Shown: positions 52,738-64,000 of the stretch, piece by piece | How the letters are laid out: each line of letters starts with the position of its first letter | Numbering within the stretch: position 1 is the first letter of the stretch | NCBI GenBank assembly: GCA_002269645.1 | Contig: NIVC01000023.1 | Span: 496,001 to 560,000, forward strand | DNA length: 64,000 nucleotides | Direction of reading: 5' to 3' | DNA from: Macrostomum lignano | Taxonomy: Eukaryota | The notes under the pieces: model-generated | The model's input: only the letters and a program-made list of their open reading frames with translations | The model's database searches: none | What the model was told of the DNA's origin: nothing | Program-made: the position numbers and the translations under genes

Positions 52738-54934
52738 ATGGCATCAGCTAGCCGCTTCATGCGCTTCATAATCATGGGTCCGCCCGGCGGAGGCAAGGGC
52801 ACTATAGCGGAACGAATCGTTCGCGACTTCCCCATCAAGAGTTTGGCTAGCGGCGACTTGCTGAGGCATCACATGGCCATCAAGTCTAGTAAGAAATTTA
52901 ATATATGTTTTTAATTTTTTTCTTTGAAAAAAAATGTGACTAAACCTGAATTTAAAATCGACCCTCTATCGTCTACGCCAACCCCCAATGTACACTCGTC
53001 CCTCTATCCCCTCTATCCTCTACGCCAAACCCCAATGTACACTCGTCCCTCTATCCCCTCTATCCTCTGCGCCAAACCTTAATGTACACTCGCCCCTCTA
53101 TCCCCTCTATCCTCTGCGCCAAACCCCAATGTACACTCGTCCCTCTATCCCCTCTATCCTCTGCGCCAAACCTTAATGTACACTCGCCCCTCTATCCTCT
53201 ACGCCAAACCCTAATGTACACTCGCCCCTGTATCCCCTCTATCCTCTACGCCAAATCCCAATGTACACTCGTCCCTCTATCCCCTCTATCCTCTGCGCCA
53301 AACCCCAATGTACACTCGTCCCTCTATCCCCTCTATCCTCTACGCCAAACCCTAATGTACACTCGCCCCTGTATCCCCTCTATCCTCTACGCCAAACCCC
53401 AATGTACACTCGTCCCTCTATCCCCTCTATCCTCTACACCAAACCCCAATGAGATCTTTTTATCTTATCTAATATCTCTTGTTTAGTATCTTACATGTGC
53501 ATACATAATTACACGTCCACGCTCCGAATAGTATCCATATCTGTTATTTTCTTTCGCGCCAATCTCATTTCAAGAGCTCGGTCTAGAAGTTGGCAAGTAC
53601 ATGAACCGCGGCGAACTAGTGCCAGACAGTCTGGTACTTGAGCTCATCATTGAAGAGCAATCCAAAGCTGCCGCAAATTCTCACTTACTATTAGACGGCT
53701 TTCCGCGCACACTGCCGCAGGCTGAAAATCTTTGCTCACGCATGCAAATTGATCGAGTTATGAATCTTGACGTGCCGTTTAACGTCATTGTTGAACGTAT
53801 TAAAGGCCGGTGGATTCATCCGGGAAGTGGGAGGACTTATCACACAGAGTTTAATAAGCCTGTGCGGGAGGTGCGTTATATATATGCTCCAGAATTCCAG
53901 AATATGTACTTGTTCTCATTACTAACTTATTTTAAACCTAATGCTCACCCAGACTCTATCTTGGGCCAAAACCACAGATACTATAAACACTGTTTATAGT
54001 ATCTGTGGCCAAAACCCCATTCGCAGTTGCTTCTCTATTCTCTGAATCTCTGCGAAACCCCAATGTACACTCGCCCCTCTATCCTCTATGCCACACCCCC
54101 AATGTACAGTCACCCCTCTATCCTCTATGCCACACCCCATTGTACACTCGCCCCTCTATCCTCTATGCCACACCCCCAATGTACAGTCACCCCTCTATCC
54201 TCTATGCCACACCCCAATGTACACTCGCCCCTCTATCCTCTATGCCGCACCCCAATGTACAGTCACCCCTCTATCCTCTATGCCACACCCCAATGTACAC
54301 TCGCCCCTCTATCCTCTATGCCACACCCCAATGTACACTCGCCCCTCTATCCTCTATGCCACACCCCAATGTACACTCGCCCCTCCATCCTCTATGCCGC
54401 ACCCCAATGTACACTCGCCCCTCTATCCTCTATGCCACACCCCAATGTACACTCGCCCCTCTATCCTCTATGCCGCACCCCAATGTACAGTCACCCCTCT
54501 ATCCTCTATGCCACACCCCAATGTACACTCGCCCCTCTATCCTCTATGCCACACCCCAATGTACACTCGCCCCTCTATCCTCTATGCCACACCCCAATGT
54601 ACACTCGCCCCTCCATCCTCTATGCCGCACCCCAATGTACACTCGCCCCTCTGTCCTCTATGCCGCACCCCAAAGTACACTCACCTCCCTCTATCCAAAG
54701 GGCTTCGATGACGTCACTGGCGAGCCGTTAATCCAACGCGAAGACGACAAAGAGTCTGTGGTACTGGACCGCCTGTCGCACTACAAAGACTTGACTGAAC
54801 CCGTGCTAGAATACTTTAGACAGCGCGGCCTTCTACTGCAATTTACTGGCAGCTACTCAAACGAGATCTGGCCAAAAGTTCACGAGTTTTTAGCTCAAGA
54901 GATCGAGCCTCTGCAGTACACCAAGTATTCATGA
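52738..54934 (+). CDS. AK3: GTP:AMP phosphotransferase AK3 (mitochondrial adenylate kinase 3); exons 52738-52888, 53575-53870, 54701-54934
   Basis: P-loop GPPGGGKGT, SGDLLR, LVPD and LLDGFPRT. The long LID RWIHPGSGRTYH lacks the Zn cysteines, followed by DDVTGEPLIQREDD and a C-terminal GSYSNEIWP, which is the AK3/AK4 pattern. Confidence 0.9.
52963..53450. repeat. Minisatellite of about 47 bp in AK3 intron 1 (CAATGTACAC core family)
   Basis: About 10 units. Confidence 0.92.
54055..54700. repeat. 38-bp minisatellite (CTCTATGCCACACCCCAATGTACACTCGCCCCTCTATC)n in AK3 intron 2
   Basis: About 16 units running into the exon 3 acceptor. Confidence 0.93.
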
Positions 54935-55239
54935 ACTCTTGACTTGTAGTACTGTCTTGCCTAATGCAGATATTTTTAGCCATTAAAATTTTTTGCGCCT
55001 TGACCTTCTTAATCTTAGCCATGATTTATTAATTCACACTACTATCAGTCTTCTGAATTAAAGGTTTCGCTTTGCCATCCGAATAACGAACATTTATGCT
55101 GTAAATGGTCCGTTTAGCCTTCGTGGTTTGCATATTTTATTAGAATATTTCATTTCTTGACTTTTTTTTAGTTAGCTCTATTTATCTATTCGTTGTACTC
55201 GCTGTATCTGACTTTCTTGTGTACTCTTATCTCTTTTCT

Positions 55240-56290
55240 TTGTACTCTACCTCTTTTCCTTGTGTTCTCACCTCTTTTCTTTGTGTTCTCACCTCTTTTC
55301 CTTGTGTTCTCATCTCTTTTCCTTGTGTTCTCATCTCTTTTCCTTGTGCTCTCATCTCTTTTCTTTGTGCTCTCATCTCTTTTCCTTGTGTTCTCACCTC
55401 TTTTCCTTGTGTTCTCACCTCTTTTCTTTGTGTTCTCACCTCTTTTCCTTGTGTTCTCACCTCTTTTCCTTGTGTTCTCACCTCTTTTCCTTGTGTTCTC
55501 ACCTCTTTTCCTTGTGCTCTCATCTCTTTTCCTTGTGCTCTCATCTCTTTTCCTTGTGTTCTCACCTCTTTTCCTTGTGTTCTCACCTCTTTTCCTTGTG
55601 TTCTCACCTCTTTTCCTTGTGCTCTCATCTCTTTTCTTTGTGCTCTCATCTCTTTTCCTTGTGTTCTCACCTCTTTTCCTTGTGTTCTCACCTCTTTTCC
55701 TTGTGTTCTCACCTCTTTTCCTTGTGCTCTCATCTCTTTTCTTTGTGCTCTCATCTCTTTTCCTTGTGTTCTCACCTCTTTTCCTTGTGTTCTCACCTCT
55801 TTTCCTTGTGTTCTCACCTCTTTTCCTTGTGTTCTCACCTCTTTTCCTTGTGTTCTCACCTCTTTTCCTTGTGCTCTCATCTCTTTTCTTTGTGCTCTCA
55901 TCTCTTTTCCTTGTGCTCTCATCTCTTTTCCTTGTGCTCTCATCTCTTTTCCCTGTGCTCTCATCTCTTTTCCTTGTGCTCTCATCTCTTTTCCTTGTGT
56001 TCTCACCTCTTTTCCCTGTGCTCTCATCTCTTTTCCTTGTGCTCCCATCTCTTTTCCTTGTGCTCTCATCTCTTTTCCTTGTGCTCTCATCTCTTTTCCT
56101 TGTGTTCTCACCTCTTTTCCCTGTGCTCTCATCTCTTTTCCTTGTGCTCCCATCTCTTTTCCTTGTGCTCTCATCTCTTTTCCTTGTGCTCTCATCTCTT
56201 CCTCGTGATCTAATCTCTTCCTCCTGCTCTCATCTCTTTCCTCATTGTGCTCTCATCTCTCTCCTACCTCCTGGTGCTTTCATCTCTCTC
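55240..56290. repeat. 21-bp pyrimidine-rich minisatellite (CTCACCTCTTTTCCTTGTGTT)n
   Basis: About 45 units plus a degenerate tail. Confidence 0.96.
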
Positions 56291-56436
56291 CCCATTGTAC
56301 TCTCATCTCTTCCCCACTCTTCTCTATTAGTTTTATTTCGTCAAACTGTTACAAGAATTTTGACTTTTTTCATTAAAACACCAGAATGCACCGTTAGTGA
56401 CTACTAAATTGAGTATTTAACTAGCAGTGCCTCACC

Positions 56437-57288
56437 CAGTGTTGGGCACCAGTCCGTTAATAAGCGTTAATCCGTTAATAAACGTTAATAAGCGTTAAGA
56501 TTTTTAATTAACGTTTACGGACTGCCGTTAAATTTTTTAACTAACGGATTAACGAATTTACGTTAATAATTTTGTGAGTTAACGACAAATTCATCGTTAA
56601 CGTTAATGGCAATGTCAATGACCAAAGACGCAAAGAAAAAACAAAAATATAAGTCTGACGAGAAGTTACAACATTACGAATGTATTCGAATTTACCTAAA
56701 TGCCTGATTCATCTCTGTTTATAACGATGATCATGCAAATGTAACAACTTACTTATGAACCTTAATAATGAATTAAAATTGTGAAATTTATTGCTCTCAC
56801 GTGAGCATCGATCGCTTTGATTCACTTCTTTAACAATCTTTCGTAACTTTCTGCTGCGCCTGCTAATGCTACTTGAAGCAATCTTCCTATTCGTATTTTA
56901 TTATTAACTGATTAACTTTAAAGTTTCAAATAAAAAAGTTACTTTTTTACCGTATGCTTACTTTTAGTAGTATTATATGCGTAAAAGTTTTTTAAATCAT
57001 TATTTATTACTTTTTAGCTTGTAAATCGCTTAGATGACCTCTGTGTTCTGCTAAAAAGATGGAAAAGCAAACACAGTGCGTTATGAAGTCTGTTTTGGAA
57101 AAAAAGTGCAAGATTTATCTATTTTGTGAGTTTACTTTAACGGATTAACGCTTATTAACGATTATCAGTTAATTTTCAGTTAACTTTAACGAAATTAAGA
57201 GTTAAAAAGTCAAGATTTTTTTTGTTTTAACGCTAACGCTTTTGCCATTAACGGAAGTTAAGATTTTCATTAACGGTGCCCAACACTG
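56437..57288. mobile_element. hAT-type MITE, 852 bp
   Basis: TIR CAGTGTTGGGCACC/GGTGCCCAACACTG, flanks GCCTCACC/CCCTCACC (7 of 8 TSD match), many subterminal CGTTAA/TTAACG repeats. Confidence 0.8.
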
Positions 57289-57984
57289 CCCTCACCTGCA
57301 TCTTCACCTGCGTTGAGTGTTCACTATTTTTTTATTTATTAGTCCTCAAATCATGAATGAATACTAATATTTTTCTATTGCAACGCAAATTTCGCGTGCA
57401 TCGTTGTTTTATCAAACTGATTTGTTTATTCGAGCTTATAATTAAATAAATTTTACCCTTTGATATGGAAGTCTTGTTGGTCAATTTTCAACTAGAATAA
57501 AATTTATTTAAATTTAAAATCGCTTGTAGCATATCAGCTTGGGATATAATTTGACACAAACTGTTTGCTAGAGTGCCATTTTGAATACCTGTTAAGTACA
57601 ATAAATTAGAAGTATATTTATTAAATTGATATTTAAATTGCAAAGAAATATTGATTGCTAATCAATTTTTGAAAATCATACATGAATACATGTAATTAGC
57701 ACTTTTTGACTGGTAGCACAGCTGGCACACTTAATTGTATCAAATTTAGCGATTATTACTGTAGTTGCAGTGCTGAAACAGTTTTTTTTAAACTTAAACA
57801 GAGTGAATTTTGGCCAAGGGTGGTGAAAAACTGTAGGAAATTAAGTTTGAAAGCTACTGCTGATAAAAGCATATTGTTTGCGATTGCAGAGGCTGAATTG
57901 CATGAAAATTTGCCTCTAACTAAACCAAAAAAGTTCATAGCCCTCCCTATTAACCAAACTGATCATAACTTTCTCCTCAATAAG

Positions 57985-58790
57985 TCACAAGATCGTAACT
58001 TCCTCCCCAATGACCCTAATGATCAGAACCCTCTCCGCAATGAGCCGAATGATCATAACTCTCTCCTCAATGAGCCTAATGATCATAATCCTCTCCCCAA
58101 TGAGCCGAATGATCATAATCCTCTCCCCAATGAGCCGAATGATCATAATCCTCTCCCCAATGAGCCGAATGATCATAATCCTCTCCCCAATGAGCCGAAT
58201 GATCATAATCCTCTCCCCAATGAGCCGAATGATCATAACCCTCTCCCCAATGAGCCGAATGATCATAACCCTCTCCCCAATGACTCTAATGATCATAACC
58301 CTCTCCCCAATGAGCCGAATGATCATAACCCTCTCCCCAATGACTCTAATGATCATAACCCTCTCCCCAATGACTCTAATGATCATAACCCTCTCCCCAA
58401 TGAGCCGAATGATCATAACCCTCTCCCCAATGAGCCGAATGATCATAACCCTGTCCCCAATGAGCCGAATGATCATAACCCTCTCCCCAATGAGCCGAAT
58501 GATCATAACCCTCTCCCCAATGAGCCGAATGATCATAACCCTCTCCCCAATGAGCCAAATGATCATAACCCTCTCCCCAATGAGCCGAATGATCATAACC
58601 CTCTCCCCAATGAGCCGAATGATCATAACCCTCTCCCCAATGAGCCGAATGATCATAACCCTCTCCCCAATGAGCCGAATGATCATAACCCTCTCCCCAA
58701 TGAGCCGAATGATCATAACCCTCTCCCCAATGAGCCGAATGATCATAACCCTCTCCCCAATGAGCCAAATGATCATAACTCTCCTCAATA
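57985..58790. repeat. 30-bp minisatellite (AATGAGCCGAATGATCATAACCCTCTCCCC)n
   Basis: About 26 units, downstream of the innexin stop. Confidence 0.96.
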
Positions 58791-58980
58791 AGTCACTTGA
58801 TCATAACCTGGCCATAGCAACTGTCGATTTACCTTGGATGCTGGACAAAACGAAAAATTATTTTAGCAACTTTCAACTGGTAGTTTTTAAAGTCTTCAAC
58901 ATTCAGTTTTTGGTTTCAACCACTGTATCCAAAGTAAACTTTAAAAAAAATCTTTGGACCCGTTGCTAACGTCAACAAGT

Positions 58981-61900
58981 TCACACTACTACTAAGTTCT
59001 TCTCCGAAGTTTTCGGCGGTTTCTCCTGGCCAGGCTCGCTTATCGTCAACTTCTCTGCCGGCGTGTCGGCCAGCTGCTGCTTCCAGTTCTCGTACAGCCG
59101 ACGGAGCACTTGGCCCGCGGCGACATCGCCTGCATTCAGCTGCATCATCTTGAACAGGAACACGCCGTCAGCGTGCAGCAGATTGTCCACCATGTCTTTG
59201 GCCATCTTGGCAAAGTTGCACTTATCTGCGACTAATCTGGGTTTGCCAGTGCTGGCTGACCGATATTCATGGCCAGTCATTATTGGAGTCTGGGACAGCA
59301 GCAGCTGGCGTCGGATGAAGCGAACTCTGCTGACTCGGAGGCCGACTCTGGCAAACCAGACTGGCACGGAGAGCACCGTGATGAAGGCTGCCGCCAGGGT
59401 CCACAGCCACAGCATCATGTACACCTGCGGGGGCGGCGTTTGTCATCTGGCTTAGGGTTAATGGCCTCTGAGCATGATTCCCGCTACCTGCTTCTGCTAT
59501 TCTGAAACTCACTCTGTCTCCCTCTGTCTCTCCCTCTCCCTCTCCCTTTGTTTCTCCCTCTGTCTCTCCCTCTCTCTCCCTCTGTTTCTCCCTCTATCCC
59601 CCTCTGTCTCTCCCTCTGTCTCGATCCCCCTCTCTCCCTCTGTCTCTCCCTCTGTCTCTCTGCCTGTCTCTCACTCTGTCTCTCCCTCCGTCTCTCCCTC
59701 TGTCTCTCCCTCTGTCTCTCCCTCTGGCTCTCCCTCCGTCTCTCCCTTTGTGTCTCCCTTTGTCTCTCCCTCTGTCTCTCCCTCTGTCTCTCCCTCTGTC
59801 TCTCCCTCTGTCTCTCTCTGTCTCTCCCTCTGTCTCTCCCTCTGTCTCTCCCTCTGGCTCTCCCTCCGTCTCTCCCTCTGTCTCTCCCTCTGTCTCTCCC
59901 TCTGTCTCTCCCTCTGTCTCTCCCTCTGTCTCTCCCTCTGTCTCTCCCTCGGTCTCTCCCTCTGTCTCTCCCTCTGGCTCTCCCTCCGTCTCTCCCTCTG
60001 TCTCTCCCTGGGTCTCTTCCTGGGTCTCTCCCTCTGTCTCTCCCTCTGTCTCTCCCTCTGTCTCTCCCTCTGCCGTTTTGGATGTAAAACTTTCACACTG
60101 CTGTATTCAATGTCAATGCCGAGCTCCACGGAAAGAAAAATGTTCGGATTCTTTTCTTGAGCGACAAAAGCAGACGCAAAAACTGGATAGCAAACCAGTA
60201 ATCAGACCCCTGATGTTGCAGAAATGAGAAATATTTTGGTAGCGAGCTACTTGCAAAATAATTTTTCTAGAATTTTGTCGAGTCAGCATAAATTCGCGCA
60301 GTTTCAGCTTTCATTTGGTGGTTTGCTGAGATAGCAGACTTAAACAAAAGAAAGAACTGGGGATCCAGTTTTTGAATTAAAAATAACATTCGCACTAAAG
60401 CTTTGAACTGATGTAGTGCAGTTTCAAATGCTTTCGGACTTGAATATATGACGTATTAATAATCTATTGAGACACTAGCTTTTGCCCATTTTGTCCCATA
60501 ACAATTTAGTTTGTTTTAATTGATTGATTAATTTATATAAGTTCTGCAGGGTTGCTGTGTGCTTATTCATGCTCAAATTCAGTCAGAAATGTGTCAGGAA
60601 CTCTTGTAGGTCTTTTTTGGTCCCTAAAAGCGTGTCAGGGTCTTTAGGGTGTCAGGGTCTCTAGGGTGTCGGGCTCTCTAGGGTGTCAGGCTGTCTAGTG
60701 TGTCAGGGTCTCTAGAAGGGTGTCAGGGTCTCTTGAAGAGTGTCAGGGTCTCTTGAAGACTGCCAGGGTCTCCTGAAGAGTGTCAGGGTCTCTAGAATGG
60801 TGTCAGGGTCTCTTGAAGACTGTCAGGGTCTCCTGAAGAGTGTCAGGGTCTCTAGAAGGGTGTCAGGGTCTTTTGAAGACTGTCAGGGTCCCCTGAAGAG
60901 TGTCAGGGTCTCCTGAAGAGTGTCAGGGTCTCTAGAAGAGTGTCAGGGTCTCCCTAAAGAGTGTCAGGGTCTCCTGAAGAGTGTCAGGGTCTTCTTAAAG
61001 AGTGTCAGGGTCTCTAGAAGGGCTCAATGTAAAAACATCCACTCCACAATCCCCCTTGCTCTACCTTTTCATTGAGCATATTGACCGGCAGTGCGCACTG
61101 GCACACCAGAACCTCGTGACCGACGCTGAGCAGTCTGACTCGGCACAGGGTGGACCTCGGGAACATGCCAGAGTGCCAGTCGCGCCCGCTGGCTACGGCA
61201 GCCACCAGGTCCCAGCCCAGCATCTCGGCGAGCAAGCCGGGACGGGCAGCGGTATTCAAGCTTCCAGCGGTACGGTTAGTAACCGCCAAATGATGCCCGC
61301 CAAGGCCGAGGAAGCTGTGCATTAGGAACAGCTGACCGAAGCAGTTAGCCAGGTACAGCAGCTTGACAAGCAGGTAGGCAAACACCAGCGCCGTGCCAAG
61401 TCGCTTGCTGGGAAAGCAGACTCCGGCTAGGCGGACCAGCTTGCTACGGAATTTGGCCAATCGGCCATCGCTGTACTCCCGGTGTACGGTCTGCATGTGC
61501 AGCACCGAATTAGCCAGGTGATTCAACACCTGATCGCGGCGATCAATGCTGGTTTCCTTAGCAACCGAAGCGGCTTCCGTTACTAGGTATTGCGCGTCTG
61601 AACCAAGTCGATTTGTTACTATAGCAACCCAGATTAGATGCGGCAGATAGAACATGACGCATTGTAGGCCTAGCATGAACGGCACCCATTGGTAGTAATC
61701 TGAAATGTTTTATTTGGTGTGTGATTGTGTCTTTGTTACATTTTTGTTAAAAATACTTGCTGAGTAGAATCTGAGCATTTTCTTGCTTGGGGGCGATTCT
61801 GTATGCTCTCATGTTTCTCATACTCTATCGAGACTTGCTCTCACGTTTCTCATACTCTATCGAGACTTGCTCTCACGTTTCTCATACTCTATCGAGACTT

Positions 61901-62531
61901 GCTCTGACGTTTCTCATACTCTATCGAGACTTGCTCTGACGTTTCTCATACTCTATCGAGACTTGCTCTCACGTTACTCATGCTCTATCAAGACTTTCTC
62001 TCATGTTTCTCATGCTCTATCGAGACTTTCTCTCATGTTTCTCATGCTCTATCGAGACTTGCTCTCATATTTCTCATGCTCTATCAAGACTTTCTCTCAT
62101 GTTTCTCATGCTCTATCGAGACTTTCTCTCATGTTTCTCATACTCTATCGAGACTTTCTCTCATGTTTCTCATGCTAATATTTTTGAAAGAAACGCGCAA
62201 AAACTTATAAGAACTCCTCACTGATCCGCCTGGACTCGAACAGCTTCCACCCAGCTTCCTTTACTGGCAGTTCCTCGTGCTCGCCAATCGCGTAAGTCCC
62301 GGTGACCCAGCAGAAGTTCTCAACGTACTCAATAGTTTTTCCGGCATTAGTTTTGGGACAGTTGCAGCTGAGGGCTTGCATGACGTACTGCTTAGCGGAG
62401 ATGACCAGCGCGCACAGGATCAGCAGTAGGGTGCTGAACAGCGAATTAAACTTGTCGGCGAAATCTTCAACGCTTACGTAATTCGAAATCTGCCATTTCT
62501 GCACAAAATCGACAAAATCTAAGCCTAGCAT
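58981..62531 (-). CDS. inx: Innexin (gap-junction/hemichannel subunit), ~462 aa; exons 62531-62222, 61699-61065, 59424-58981
   Basis: EDFADK..., extracellular loop CNC...YVENFCW, the YYQWVP signature formed at the exon 1/2 junction, loop 2 FPRSTLC...QCALPVNMLNEKVY, and C-terminal DGVFLFKMMQLNAG. Confidence 0.93.
59513..60072. repeat. 12-bp repeat (TCTGTCTCTCCC)n in innexin intron 2
   Basis: Direct inspection. Confidence 0.95.
60633..61020. repeat. 20-bp minisatellite (TGTCAGGGTCTCTAGAAGAG)n in innexin intron 2
   Basis: About 18 units. Confidence 0.92.
61805..62175. repeat. 32-bp minisatellite (CATACTCTATCGAGACTTGCTCTCACGTTTCT)n in innexin intron 1
   Basis: About 11 units. Confidence 0.92.
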
Positions 62532-62894
62532 TGTGGTTGGAGATAATAGAATTGGAGTTTATTATTAAAGGGTTGAATTCTCTAAGCTGCAAAGCTTTCT
62601 ATCCTTGGTATCGAATTTATATACTTGTAGGCTGTGCCCTACAATGCGCAGTTCGGTAGCGAGCTGACAGAGTGCAGGCTTTGGGAGTCTGCCTTTTTCT
62701 TGCCTCCATAGCTAGAATCTGGTCTTTTCTCTCTTAAAACTCTGCTACATTGCAAGCGACTAAGTTTGCCGACTATGCGCAAGATGGGTTAGCTATAGCT
62801 GCTGTTGAGGCTGGGCCCGAAGACGGGGCCACGAGACTTGAAGTGATGAAGATTATTCGGGACTTATCCGGTAATTAGATAATTAATCATGGAG

Positions 62895-63870
62895 TGGGAG
62901 TGACGAACACTGATAAGCATGATTAGTTAATTAGGGAGTGATAAGGGAGTGACGAACACTGATAAGGATGATTAGTTAACTGGGGAGTGATAAGGGAGTG
63001 ACGAACACTGATAAGGATGATTTAGTTAACTGGGGAGTGATAAGGGAGTGACGAACACTGATAAGGATGATTTAGTTAACTGGGAAGTGATAAGGGAGTG
63101 ACGAACACTGATAAGGATGATTAGTTAATTAGGGAGTGATAAGGGAGTGACGAACACTGATAAGGATGATTTAGTTAACTGGGGAGTGATAAGGGAGTGA
63201 CGAACACTGATAAGGATGATTAGTTAATTAGGGAGTGATAAGGGAGTGACGAACACTGATAAGGATGATTTAGTTAACTGGGGAGTGATAAGGGAGTGAC
63301 GAACACTGATAAGGATAATTTAGTTAACTGGGGAGTGATAAGGGAGTGACGAACACTGATAAGGATGATTAGTTAACTGGGGAGTGATAAGGGAGTGACG
63401 AACACTGATAAGGATGATTTAGTTAACTGGGGAGTGATAAGGGAGTGACGAACACTGATAAGGATGATTTAGTTAACTGGGGAGTGATAAGGGAGTGACG
63501 AACACTGATAAGGATGATTAGTTAACTGGGGAGTGATAAGGGAGTGACGAACACTGATAAGGATGATTAGTTAATTAGGGAGTGATAAGGGAGTGACGAA
63601 CACTGATAAGGATGATTTAGTTAACTGGGGAGTGATAAGGGAGTGACGAACACTGATAAGGATGATTAGTTAACTGGGGAGTGATAAGTGAGTGACGAAC
63701 ACTGATAAGGATGATTTAGTTAACTAGGGAGTGATAAGGGAGTGACGAACACTGATAAGGATAATTTAGTTAACTGGGGAGTGATAAGGGAGTGACGAAC
63801 ACTGATAAGGATGATTTAGTTAACTGGGGAGTGATAGGGGAGTGACAAACACTGATAAGGATGATTATTT
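62895..63870. repeat. 49-50-bp minisatellite (GGGAGTGATAAGGGAGTGACGAACACTGATAAGGATGATTTAGTTAACTG)n upstream of innexin
   Basis: About 19 units. Confidence 0.96.
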
Positions 63871-64000
63871 GACTAAGGACTGTAAGTGACCAAGGCTAAT
63901 AGATAAAAAGTCATTGTCTTCCAATTTAGAAATGAGCTAAAACTATATATTTATGGAATGGTTTGCTGATTAATACACTGTAGATAATAGTAACATAGCC

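Noticed and set aside
55193-56407. ORFs of 300-400 aa in four frames
   Set aside because: A 21-bp unit (a multiple of 3) without stops gives open frames automatically.
57706-58969. 361-aa ORF with NEPNDHNPLP repeats resembling a repeat antigen
   Set aside because: The 30-bp minisatellite is open in several frames on both strands. The ORF lacks a proper ATG and its flanks are AT-rich non-coding-like DNA. Only expression evidence would rescue it.

Overview
Eukaryotic (invertebrate metazoan) genomic DNA, not prokaryotic. It has GT-AG introns, GC-rich exons, AT-rich intergenic DNA and an innexin; a flatworm such as Macrostomum is only an inference from this composition. Seven host genes can be reconstructed by hand. 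On the minus strand: a chromodomain protein running off the left edge, a NALF/FAM155/Mid1-type NALCN auxiliary subunit (3 exons), kinesin-6 KIF23/MKLP1 (7 exons) and an innexin (3 exons). On the plus strand: an OxlT/OFA-like MFS transporter (7 exons), RIOK3 (5 exons) and AK3 (3 exons). Mobile DNA includes an intact, apparently very recent Ty3/Gypsy (Mag-like) element in RIOK3 intron 3, a solo LTR, two long-TIR mariner derivatives (one nested in another DNA element), several hAT-type MITEs, two tRNA-derived SINEs (one with a CORE domain) and a Merlin transposase relic. About 20 of the 22 modelled introns carry tandem arrays. The most notable observations are: minisatellites built from amplified exon-end/5' splice-site junctions in KIF23; a hAT-like element carrying an orphan spliced exon and E2F-like motifs; a dense TAGGCCTA palindrome that looks like a 6-bp micro-insertion at TA sites; and one minisatellite shared by two unrelated genes. 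Most long ORFs in the supplied track are artefacts of these repeats. All coordinates were read by eye and no database searches were run.
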